Assembly (NCBI GenBank): GCA_951406725.2
Contig: OX597814.1
Location: 22,568,001-22,632,000, forward strand
From: Octopus vulgaris
Taxonomy: Eukaryota
DNA: 64,000 nt
Direction of reading: 5' to 3'
How positions within the stretch are numbered: the stretch's first letter is position 1; each line of letters starts with the position of its first letter. The translations under genes were made by a program, and so were the position numbers. The notes below the pieces were generated by a model. It did not search any database. It had not been told where the DNA came from and saw only the letters and a program-made list of their open reading frames with translations. Shown here one piece after another: positions 28,260 through 40,103 of the stretch.

Positions 28260-30479
28260 TATATATATATATAACGAGCCAACCAAGGAGTCTCTATGTA
28301 AGCGTTCTGTCTATTAGAAACAGCAGGTCAGTCATTGTCAAATGATACTCCATTGTTTTGAAAATACGTGTGATAATATGTTCCTAATTGTCTCAAAACA
28401 AGGCAGTCGTATCTGCAACACCTTTGATCATATGTATGCTACAAACATTGGTTTGTATCTCATTCATATGATTTATGAGCTGCGAGAGTATGGGGTGCTG
28501 ACATGATTCTATACCTTTAACTATAACTATTTTATCAATCATCGACAGATGAAACCAACGAGTTTGATGTTAGAATATATATTGATGATCCCTAAATACC
28601 CTAAAGCATTCTACGTTCTCTAGCTTACTGTTATTACTGTATCTACTACTACTCCTCCCCCTCCCCCTCCTCCTCCTCCTCCTCCTCCTACTACTACTAC
28701 TACAACAGCAACAACAACAACACATTTGTCTTCAAACACTTGATATTTCGGCCCACTCGAAATATCAACCATATTTCCGTAAATATATACAATGGTCACG
28801 TTTTGGACACCTTTGATCATAGGTCGCCTTGATTTCAATTCGCACAATGCTTTCATTTTCTGTTGTTACTAATGATGATTGTAATAATAATATTCAAAAT
28901 CATACGAGTGTGTGTTTATGAGGTTATAATAATAATAATGATATTACACTAACAAAAACCTTATCATTACAACAACAGCGGCTTGTGTTCTGCTGCTGTT
29001 TTTAATTTTGCATCACCTCTATCGCTATGACCGTAGTAACGACGCTACTGCGTGAGCTTCAATGGTCAGGTAAACACGCTAAACAATCAATTCTTTTTTT
29101 TTTACTATAGAGACGTGTGCACTAGGTAAAAATCAGCAGACAAAATTAAGTTCATATATTATTTTATCTCTGGGGAATAGCCGGCAACCGGTTTGTTTGT
29201 TCAGATGTAGATTTACTCAAACCTACACTGGCATAACATTTATTTGACAATCAGGTATGGTGGTTTTCTAGAAAAACCTAGATAGGAAAGCAATAAGAAC
29301 TAAAGCGTTTCACTTTCGTATATATTTTTTTATGTTAGTCATCACGACTATTGAACATTTCCTTCTCCCTTGGGCATACAGTTACAAATAAAAACATATA
29401 TTTATATGTTCTAGCTTTATTCCATTATGAGATTACTTTGCCTTGTGAACAAAATCACCAAAGTTAACCACTGAACATCAGCTACAGCTTATTATTAAGT
29501 GTGTCTATCCTATATAAATATAATGAAAGCTATAATGCTATTACTAAGAAATATACTATAATCTTTTTGAAGATAAAAATAGCAATATGAAGAAGATTTA
29601 ATGACAAAAGTATGGAGTTACCACTTTAAATAAATATATACCTTCCCGCTTATTTTATCTTAAGTTAAATTGATTTTTACCTAATGATATTTATTTACAC
29701 GACAAACATCGTACATCAAGATATTCAAATCCTAGTAGAGTAAGTTCACGGTGCTGTTAGTTTTGAGGGTTGACATCATATTAATGATAACATAAATGAA
29801 TGTCTCCAATTCTCAATAAGATTTTAACGTTTCATCTAAGAGAAGCAAAAATTTTCTTTGTCATTATGTAGCGTGCAGAGAAAGCGGAAATGTTTTCGTT
29901 ATTTGTGATTTTACATCAGTTTTCAGTACCCACAGAAATCATTTGCAAATTCATACTTGAAGAACTCTAACCACTATACCTTTTTCTGATAAACGATACG
30001 CTCAAGTGAATTTTCAAAAGAAAACAAGACATTTTCGTCCAATAAAATGATGTTCTGCTGAATATTTTACTGATACTAACGATGTTGCTTAACGGAATTA
30101 CTTCTTAAACATAAAAAGAATAAAGCATATTTTTGAAATAAAAAGTAATGAGTTTTGACGTCCTATTAAAACCTTAGGCAAAAAGTAGAATAACATTAAA
30201 AATATTTAAAATAACGTGTTAAAAGAAAGTGGTGCGTGCTAAGAATATTAAATGTGAACTAATAACAAAATCATAGTTTATGTAAGGGTAACATAATTCA
30301 TATGTGTAACTGTAATATATTAGTTGCCAGAAATAATAAATACCTCTTGTAAGAATTTTGTCACAAAATAGAAATTTAAATTTCGAAAGTAATTATGGAG
30401 GTGGATACTCTAGAATTTCGCCCGTTCTCACTTCCTGTTTTCCCTTTAGATATGCGTTGAGCAAAACAAATAAAATATT

Positions 30480-30710
30480 CTTTTCTACTGAAGGTACACG
30501 GTCTTGAAATTTTTTTGGGTGGGGTGGGTGGGGGTGGGTGCTAGTCGACTACATCGACCCCAGTGTTTCACCGGTACTTAATTTATCGACCCCGAAAAGA
30601 TGAAAGGCAAAGTCGACCTTGGCGGAATTTGAACTCAGAACGTAAAGACAGGTGAAATGCCGTTAAGCATTCCGCCCGGCGTACTAACGACTCTGCCAGC
30701 TCGCCGCCTT
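30480..30710 (-). mobile_element. tRNA-derived SINE (Meta/MESC-like core), alternative tail, 17-bp TSD
   Basis: Same head and core as 34893-35120 but a different 3' tail; TSD aaaacaaataaaatatt at 30463-30479 and 30711-30727. Confidence 0.9.
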
Positions 30711-30791
30711 AAAACAAATAAAATATTATTGGAAGTATTAATACCATGCTAATTTTGACACTGTCAATGGCTCTCTCTCTCTCTCTCCCAA

Positions 30792-31330
30792 AATCAAAGG
30801 GCCCCGTGTGATGTCGAGTGGAAAAAAATTGATTATCCAGGCCCGTATATTAATGGAAGTAATCCTTGCATGATCTGCATCTCGGAGAGAACCCAAATTC
30901 TTAAGGACTTTAAGAAGATGGCCGCATTAAACAGCCTTAAAGAAGTGGTTTCTAATTGTATCCACTTCTAGCGCTACTTACTAGAAAACTGGATCTCCCC
31001 GTTTGCTCGTTAGGCCTCTCCGAGTCTATAGAGGATTTCCCCACCTCTGATTAAGGGGAAATAACCCGTACTTATTAATATTTTTTCGTGTTCTTCGAGT
31101 TCTGAGCGTTTCCTTACGTCTGTGACGTAGATATTTAAAATTTTTGTATTCATATAGAGTCTGACGAGCTGTCCACAAGACTTTGGCTTTGTGGGTGCGA
31201 AACCTTGGGTAACTCTATATAAAATTTTGTTGTAATAATTATATATGATTTAAGCATTAAAATTTCAGTTGTATGTAATGGAATACTTTTCTTACCAGTA
31301 TGTTCCATTTATCTTTGCTTTTTCATTTTA
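30792..31330 (+). mobile_element. 3' end of a Penelope-like element (Naiad-like endonuclease C-terminus plus 3' UTR)
   Basis: 30792-31013 translates ..VEWKKIDYPGPYINGSNPCMICISERTQIL....LNSLKEVVSNCIHF*RYLLEN, matching the W.I...Y....C.LC..EK..I...LN...E....C.H pattern; HHR downstream; 3' boundary approximate. Confidence 0.8.
31152..31220 (+). ncRNA. Type I hammerhead ribozyme motif with intact core
   Basis: Stem I atatagagt/actctatat (9 bp); CTGACGA 31161-31167; stem II closed by G-C with a ccacaa/ttgtgg extension; GAAA 31199-31202; short stem III ACC..GGT; cleavage triplet GTA 31209-31211. Confidence 0.88.
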
Positions 31331-31717
31331 ACCTGAGACGTCTGTTACATTCTCTTGGATTTTGGTTCAAATGTCAGTCCATTAAAAACAACAAAACTTT
31401 TGCGAAGGAATCTAATGTCTGGTTTTAAAAACGTGATTTTGATTAAGTTAATGTAAGAGATATAGTAGTCCAGAAAAGTAAACTGGTTCATTCTAATGTA
31501 TAAATATTTTGTTTTTATTGGCATTGTTTTACAGCGTATAATATAATAAACTGAATCAATCAGACGGCAGGTTTTTCTAAACGCAAAGCTAAATTTTTTA
31601 ATATTTTACAATTTCTTTCGCGGAAAGTATTAGATTTGGAATTAGAATTTACTAAACACTTTATTGATAAGGGAAAAAGAAAATTAAAAGAGAAAACTAA
31701 AGTAAGATTAATAAATA

Positions 31718-31870
<153 letters not shown>

Positions 31871-31888
31871 AATATATACATACATACA

Positions 31889-32529
31889 TTTGCAATCCAA
31901 GAACAGGAAATATCAACCAAATACCTGATGTACAAAAGGAATAGATGTGCAGGAAAAGAAGTAAAATGTGACAACCGATACAGAGTGTGTGGAGGTAACA
32001 CCACAGATATCACCCACATCACAAGCAGTTGTCCAGTCATCATGGTATATTCTACCGGTGAGACATAATGTTGTAGCTAGGACACTCTTTAATGAAATCC
32101 CTCGGTAGGATAACTCCAAGGGCAAAGAAATAAGAACACACAGTATGGTCATAACCCTCATAATAAAAAGGAATACTGGTGGGACGTTCCAGTGAAAACT
32201 TCAATAGAATGTAAGTACAACAGACCTGATATAATGATTTGGAATAGAGAAGAGAAATTGTGAACAGTTGTGGAAATAAGCTGCTCAGCAGATGTTAACA
32301 TAAAGGTGAAGATCAGTGAAAAAGAGAATACCTACACTGAAATCTGCAGTTACTCTATCAAGATTATAAGTTCAGGTTTATACCTGAAATATATGGGGCC
32401 CTGGGATATATAACACATTGCCTAAATACCAATCTTGAGAAATTAGGCTTCTCAGAACCAGAAAGAAGAAAGCTAATCGGAAGACTACAGATCCAATCCA
32501 TCGATGGAGCTGTAAAAACCTGTAAAACT
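31889..32529 (+). mobile_element. Degraded R4/Dong-like RLE LINE 3' fragment, divergent lineage
   Basis: FAIQEQEISTKY..RVCG..DITHITSSCP, RHNVVAR, YWWDVPVKT..NRPDIMIWN..VVEISC, GALG; interrupted at its 3' end by a SINE. Confidence 0.85.
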
Positions 32530-32893
32530 TTACTCTCTTTTACTCTTTTACCTGTTTCAGTCATTTGACTGCGGCCATGCTGGAGCACCACCTTTTAGTA
32601 CTTATTCTATCGGTCTCTTTTTTTGCCGAACCGCTAAGTGACGGGGACGTAAACACACCAGCATCGGTTGTCAAGCAATGCTAGGGGGACAAACACAGAC
32701 ACACAAACACACACACATATACATATATATACATATATACGACAGGCTTCTTTCAGTTTCCGTCTACCAAATCCACTCACAAGGCATTGGTCGGCCCGGG
32801 GCTATAGCAGAAGACACTTGCCCAAGATGCCACGCAGTGGGACTGAACCCGCAACCGTGTGGTTGGTTAGCAAGCTACTTACCACACAGCCAT
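32530..32893 (-). mobile_element. tRNA-derived SINE with CORE-like domain
   Basis: Minus strand: tggctgtgtggtaag A box, gggttcagtccc B-box-like, cttgggcaagtgtctt core, tail ctgaaacaggtaaaagagtaaaagag. Partial copies at 32985-33210 (-) and ~47847-47890 (+). Confidence 0.85.
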
Positions 32894-32984
32894 GAGAATA
32901 CATACATAAAACAAAACACACAAATCTGCACACATACATACATACATACATACATACATGCATACATACATACATACAAACAAA

Positions 32985-33210
32985 CTTCTATCGGTCTCTT
33001 TGGCCGAACCGCTCAGTTACGTGGACGTAAACACACCAGCACCGGTTGTCAAGTGATACTGAGGGTACAAACACAGACACATAAACACACCCACACCCAC
33101 ATCCCCCCATATATATATACAACAGGTTTGTTTCAGTTTCCGTCTACCAAATCTTCTCACAAGGCTTTGGTCGGCCCGAGACTATAGTAGAAGACAGTTG
33201 CCACACAGTG
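32985..33210 (-). mobile_element. Partial second copy of the same SINE
   Basis: Matches 32604-32840 in the same orientation. Confidence 0.8.
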
Positions 33211-34892
33211 GGAAGATATATAGATAGATAGATCGATCGCTCGATAGATAGATGGAGAGAGAGAGAGAGAGATAGAGAGAGAGATAGAGAGAGTGAGAGA
33301 GAAAGACAGAGAGAGAGACAGAGAGACAGAGAGAGGGAGAATGACTATGAAGTATGAGAATGAAAGATATTGCAATAAGACATCAGAATTTACTAATTTG
33401 ACATCAATGATATGGCGGCAAACTTTGAATTATGTGGAAGGAAAATTCTGATTGTTTTACCTGTAATTCCTTAATGTCATATCGGCTAATTTTCTGGGTT
33501 TGAGTTTACGTGAGGGTTGACCAATTTTGAACAAGTAAAATGCTTTCGAGTTTATCTTAACTTCCACATCATTAACCAGTTGCGACATAGCATTCATACT
33601 GGTTAAAAGCTTAGAAGGTAATTAATTATACCACATCCGTGATAAATAGGTTATAATACGAATTAAGAATACAATAAAATAAGTTATATATCACCATATA
33701 TTAACTTAATAAAAAATGAATATGTGATAACTATAACGCCGAATTCCTTAAGAGAATGATTTTCTAATTATTGACCTTAAAATGGATATTTGTATATAAT
33801 GAAATCAATGAATTGTTACAGTGATAAAACAATAGAGAGCAATATAGAGTACAACAACATAAAATGATTCCATATTATTCCGATTGTAATATGCAAACCA
33901 TTTATAGTTCACATTCAAAGACCTGAATAATTGCTTGAATTTTCCTTTCTGATTAGATTAATTGTATTTCCAGGAGAAAAAATACTGTTCTTCTGGAAAA
34001 CCATTATTATTCGAAATTTTCCGGATGCAATATTGCTTCAATAACTATTTCTATTTTTGCTTAAGTTTCATTATCAATTAGTTCTGAAGTATAATCATTA
34101 CTCATTGAAAATTCAATTATCGATAAAAATTTGGGTAGGTGAAATCCCCGACAATTGAAAATGGATGGCATCAGGAATAAAATATTAAGAATTTAAAAAA
34201 CTTTATAATCTCATTTTTGTGAAAATTCATTCAATCAGAGTGATATTGAATTTCCATTGTAATTCCATTAATAATACACAATCTGTTTAAGATCTCTTAA
34301 ATTTCTTTCTGTTTTGTTCCACGAGGTAAAAATCAAAATAATTATATTAAATCAAACAATAAATTGAATAATGAATTAATGGATCGGTTTTGTTCCTCAG
34401 CAGTTTCCTAAAATACTATTAATCTTATAGAAATGGAAAAATAAGAAATTCAATAAACAAATACTTCTCTTCTAGAACTGAGATAAATACACTGTTTTGT
34501 GCACTGTTATAGTTTACAGTGTTCTACATAACATGAGGCTACATGGCACTTTGATAAAAGCAAATACATTATCAATAGAATGAAATGAATTTCAAAGAAG
34601 GCATAGAGCTGTCACTATGAACGACTGAACAAAGAAAGTGCAACTGGACTATTCTTTGTATCAGACTTTGTACTTCAGTAGCATTTTGTTGAAATATTCA
34701 TTGTACGCACATTTTCTAAAATTCAAAATATTCATAATAGAAATAAGCAAACCATCAATGAGTACTATGTGTATGTCTATGCATGTATGTATTTGCGCGT
34801 GTGTATGTATGTGTATGTGTGTGTGTGTGTGTGTATGTGTGTGTGTATGTGTGTGTGTGTGTATGCTTGTATGTTTATATATAGATTTCTGC

Positions 34893-35120
34893 GGCGAGCT
34901 GGCAGAAACGTTAGCACGCCGGGCGAAATGCGTAGCCGTATTTCGTCTGTCGTTACGTTGTGAGTTCAAATTCCGCCGAGGTCGACTTTGCCTTTCATCC
35001 TTTCGGGGTCGATAAATGAAGTACCAGTTACGCGCTGGGGTCGATGTAATCGACTTAATCTGTTTGTCTGTCCTTGTTTATCCCCTCTGTGTTTAGCCCC
35101 TTGTGGGTAGTAAAGTAATA
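34893..35120 (+). mobile_element. Full-length tRNA-derived SINE (Meta/MESC-like core), 17-bp TSD
   Basis: ggcgagctggcagaaacg..gagttcaaattcc head, core cctttcatcctttcggggtcgataaa; TSD tatatatagatttctgc at 34876-34892 and 35121-35137. Confidence 0.92.
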
Positions 35121-35449
35121 TATATATAGATTTCTGCATGTCTGCATATAAACATATATATATATATACATATATATATATGAATGTATATATGTAAGCA
35201 TGTAAGTATATACGAAAACGCTCATACATAGAAATGGTGACACAGAAATATTGTGTCTCTTCACATATACAAGTGTATGTGCGATAAACAGTGTAAAATT
35301 ATATTTTCTATGTAAACTAGTGCTCTCAGACCACTTATCGAGCAAATCTATTATCAAGACCAATCCAGTTGTTATCTGCCTTCTTTTTCGAATGTCAAGA
35401 ATTACATTATTCAATGTTTCCTATAATTTTTAATGACGGCAGAGAATAA

Positions 35450-36700
35450 TTTGGTGAAGAGGAGAATTGGGTTGTAATCTCTAGGAAGATGAGATCGGAG
35501 GCTACCTCAGTAGTTCGTTTCCCTTTCAGAGACGTTTCCCATGATGGCCGCACCTGCACCAAGTTTACTCTCCATGAATTTAACTTTGTTATTCATCTGA
35601 ATAGTTTTAAAGGTAATTCAAAAGCCTGTTATAATTGTTGTTCGTATTCTTGTTGTATTCTGACGATCAAGATTTTGTAGCTCAAACGGAAAAAGATATC
35701 CAGAAAATATTTAGCTTCTTCTCCAGTTACAGTACTTCTTTTTGACTTACAACTAGTCTGGAAAAAACATACAAAAAGCTGACGTGATGCTTAGCATAAA
35801 CCTACTCTCATCTGCCTTTGGAGAGATATGTGTTGACCGAAATATACTTGCTTTGGTAGCTTCTGTGCATTTTGGAGCTCTAGTATTCTTATTCGCCGAA
35901 ATCAACTTGAAGTAAGAAAAAGCTTGAATTGCGTTTGGGACACCGGAGAAACGAATCTGGTTAGAGAGAGTTGATTCATATCTATGAATCTAGGGCTGTC
36001 GATATCACGATCATACTCCTCTGAGACATATCCTATGTCAAAAACATAAAAATACTCGAAATTTTTCTTTAGATGTTTCTATGACATATAAAACATCTGT
36101 TTGAAATTTCGCCTCTAACATCGAAGTACTCTAAAAGGTGAAGTTTCTCAGTATGGAATCTCACCTCGCTGAGAACCACATGCTCGTAATGCCATCTATT
36201 TTGATCATTTCGTGCTTCCAAACCCAATACTTTTCGCCAACTAGTTTTCGGCAAGCGACCCTCAAAATTTCATGGCGTCAAAAATGACAATACAACGTTC
36301 TTGAAAATCAGTTCTGTTTATTGCTAACGACTTCAACCGAACAGAAAATAGTAACGGTCTATTGATACCCTTCTAAATGTGGCTATTCTGTTAGAACAAA
36401 CTGCGGTAGATACAATGAGAAATGCTCACATATTGGCTTTTGGTGCAAAAGTCTCCCTTATCTATATCACCAGCGAAGCAATAAGTCCCCGTAACTTCCA
36501 GGGCCGAGATCAGCTGGGAAAAGTAAATTTGAACTGCTGATCAAATTTTTAACTTAATACCCAAGGACTGTAGAATATTGGAGAAAATCTCACTTCCGTA
36601 GAATGTGATCGCATCACAGTCATATCTAAAGATTCATGGAAGAAATAGCATTAAACAAACTGCAGGCATGGTCATGAAATCGAGTCGACATCACTCAACA
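35450..36700 (-). mobile_element. Possible heavily degraded RTE-like LINE
   Basis: Only short motif resemblances (KLPKQVYFG; DVRGEISNR) and higher sequence complexity than the flanks. Confidence 0.3.
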
Positions 36701-36925
36701 TATATATATATATATGTAAAGAAAACAAAAAATGGAGATAACATTGAACAACAATTGATTTACATAAATTATTACTAATCAATAATTGATGAAAATCAAT
36801 TGTTGTTCATCTATGTTATCTTCATTTTCTGTTAAATTTTGATTCCTGATAAACTCCTGTTTAAAAATGTCTTTGCCTATAATTCATGAACGTAACATTT
36901 TGCCCATATTTAAATATAGGTAATA

Positions 36926-37823
36926 TACAAGCTTTCCACAAAGTCACTAATGGGTTTTAATTTTTTAATAACTCCCTGAAATTTACAAACAAAAAAAAAT
37001 GCATGACGTTTTGATACAATATAAAGGACATAATGTAAATTAGTATGTAGAAGTAAAAGTTTGCAACACCACTACATCACATATGAAAAGTGACATCGAT
37101 CAAATGGCAGCCATGTTCTGCTTCGCACGCCCATAGCCTTTCAAAAACTTGCACCATAACACAACTCAAGTTTCAGACCCCACTTCTCTGATTTCTCTAT
37201 TGCTTCAGTTGCGCAAGGGCCTCCTGCTTGTTGACGTAAGCTCCCTCTTTCAGGTATCACTACAAGAAAAAATCCGGGCTTGTCAAGTCTGGGGAATGTG
37301 AAGGCCAGTCGTTGAAATTTCCGTAGCAGGAGATTATTCTCTCTCCAAAGCACTGCCGTAGCAACTGCATTGTTTCTCTTGCGGTATAATAATTTCTCCC
37401 ACCTTGTTGGAACCATGTGTGAGGTCTACTTTGAATGGCTTTCATGTTCTGTAGATTTAACTTAGCTCGGATTTTGTCTTGTGGGGATACTTGAAAGTGA
37501 AGGTTTACATCAACAAATAGGAGACCTTGGTGAAAATGAAGGAGAACATCAATAACGAAATCAGTGAAGTGGGGTCTGAAACGTTTGGTTTGACGGTGTT
37601 ATGGTGCAAGTTTTGGAAAGAGCACAGGCATGCGAAACCGAAAATGGCTGCCGTTTAAGCGATGTCATTTTTCATGTGATGTAGTGATGTTGCACAATTT
37701 GACTTGTGCATATAAATTTTCATTATGTCCTTTATATTGAACCAAAATGTCATGCATATTTATGTAACGTTAAGGAAGTTATTAAAAATTGTAGCCCATC
37801 AGTGACTTTCGGGACACCCTGTA
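36926..37823. mobile_element. Tc1/mariner-superfamily derivative with ~230-bp inverted arms
   Basis: TA-flanked; right terminus gggacaccctg-TA; arms 36926-37162 and 37596-37823. Transposase C-terminal motifs WFQQ..WPSHSPDLTSPDFFL (-) and DFVLWGYLKVKVY (+). Confidence 0.85.
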
Positions 37824-37850
37824 TGCATACATACAAACACACACACACAC

Positions 37851-37924
<74 letters not shown>

Positions 37925-37999
37925 ATATATGTATGTATATATGTGTATGTGCGTGTATGTGCGTGAGGTATGTGTGTATATACTTATGGATATGCAAAT

Positions 38000-38066
38000 G
38001 TATGTGTGAATATAAATGTTGCGTAAATATGTTTGTGTGTGTATTTACATACGTATATACATGCCC

Positions 38067-38148
<82 letters not shown>

Positions 38149-38149
38149 G

Positions 38150-38201
<52 letters not shown>

Positions 38202-38736
38202 CAGTGGTGTTTTGAAATTCATACCGAATATTTCCCATGTGTATATATATACATTTTCATATACATGAATGTAATCTATATTTTAATAAATTCTCTGTCT
38301 CGGAAGACAGGTTGGTTGGAAATAAAATACAAAGAATGGTTTTGTACAGGAAGAGCTAGTTTCTGATTAATTAAATCAGTGTAGTAAGCGACACGAGTAT
38401 TAAAAATAGTATCATTATTAACTCTAGTGAAACTTAGTAGACACATCATAGAAAGACCACGTTTCGCACAGGATTCTGTGATACATTCAAAATCTATAAC
38501 TATTATTGGAGATGAGTTCACCTGTGAAGTAACTATTGAATGATTCAGATGGCTGATAGAGTAGAAAACAGAGACGAAAGGAAAAGTCTAAAACAATAAA
38601 ATAAAATAGCCAAGAATTAAAGTGCAGCAACTAATACTTAAAACTTTGATGAATATGAATGCGATTATAATTATTTATGTATGCAAGATATTGTTTGCGT
38701 ATGTACGCACACGCACATGCACCTCTTCCCCCATAT

Positions 38737-38818
<82 letters not shown>

Positions 38819-38933
38819 TATGTATATATGTATACATATATATATATATGTATGTATATATATATATATATACATACACACATATATATATATATATGTA
38901 TATATATGTATATGAAAATGTGTGTCTATTTGC

Positions 38934-38991
<58 letters not shown>

Positions 38992-39135
38992 TACACACAC
39001 ATATAAGTGTACATATGCATGAATACACCTGACTGTACGCAAATAACGTATGTACAACATTTAGTTGTTCAAACATATAGAAACACATACAAGTGCATAT
39101 GCATGTATGTATGTATATATATATATATATATATG
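38000..39135. repeat. Cluster of (TCTA)n, (TA)n and (TG)n microsatellites
   Basis: Directly visible; explains the many low-complexity ORFs. Confidence 0.9.
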
Positions 39136-39306
39136 TTTATGAAACTAACTCTTCACTCAAAATAATTCTTCATGTAAAAATATACAGAAAAATAGAATCA
39201 TATGCGTAGATATTCATAACGAAATGAGTATTCTTACAAGTACGTATACGGACAGTTATGGGTTTAAAGACAACAAAATTTATTTAAAATAAAAAAATTA
39301 ACAAAA

Positions 39307-39362
<56 letters not shown>

Positions 39363-39366
39363 ATAT

Positions 39367-39409
<43 letters not shown>

Positions 39410-39496
39410 AGTAGTAGTAGTAGTTGTACTAGTAGTAGTAGTAGTGGTAGTGGTGGTGGTGGCGGTGGTAATAATAATAATAATGATAATAATAAT
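39307..39496. repeat. (TAG)n/(TGG)n/(TAA)n microsatellite
   Basis: Directly visible. Confidence 0.95.
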
Positions 39497-40026
39497 GGAT
39501 ATGCTCAACTGGTTAAGGTCAAACAACTGACAAGCAAATATGTCGTATTGAGCAGAATATTTCAAAGATGGGCTACAATAAATATTCTGCTCAATACCAC
39601 AGATTTTCTTGTCAGTTGTTTGACCTTAACCATTTGAGCATGTCCCTTAGTGGCTGACGATATGTGCATCTCTGATCACGAGCAGAAGTAGTGGGGGAGC
39701 GCCATAGCCATGTATTCGGAGAATCTTTTGGGGTTCGACTAATTCACCTTTGGAAACATGGGTGTTTTGTTCATCAGCCTTAATAAAACCTTATTCAGGT
39801 ACCTTTTAAGCGAGATGGGCTACTCAACCTGTAGAAAATTCTAAATGGGCTCCACCTGCAGGTCATGCTCTGTTTACCTTGATGTAAGATCACCATGTCG
39901 CGCACATGTGATTATGATGCATGTGCCTGGTGTACCCTCATCAGATGGGTAGTCTTAATGGGTATATTGGGCTTCGTATAATTGTACCCCAGTGTCACTT
40001 TGATGGTGTGCACTGCTCTCTCACTT
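39497..40026 (+). mobile_element. Non-coding (TAA)n-inserted element, copy A, 5'-truncated with an inverted duplication
   Basis: 39564-40026 aligns with 61047-61509; (TAA)n on both sides. Confidence 0.85.
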
Positions 40027-40027
40027 A

Positions 40028-40100
<73 letters not shown>

Positions 40101-40103
<3 letters not shown>

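Noticed and set aside
30792-31150. Selenocysteine recoding/SECIS as reported for some Naiad elements
   Set aside because: The in-frame stop here is TAG, not TGA; the Cys codons are ordinary; no SECIS recognised.
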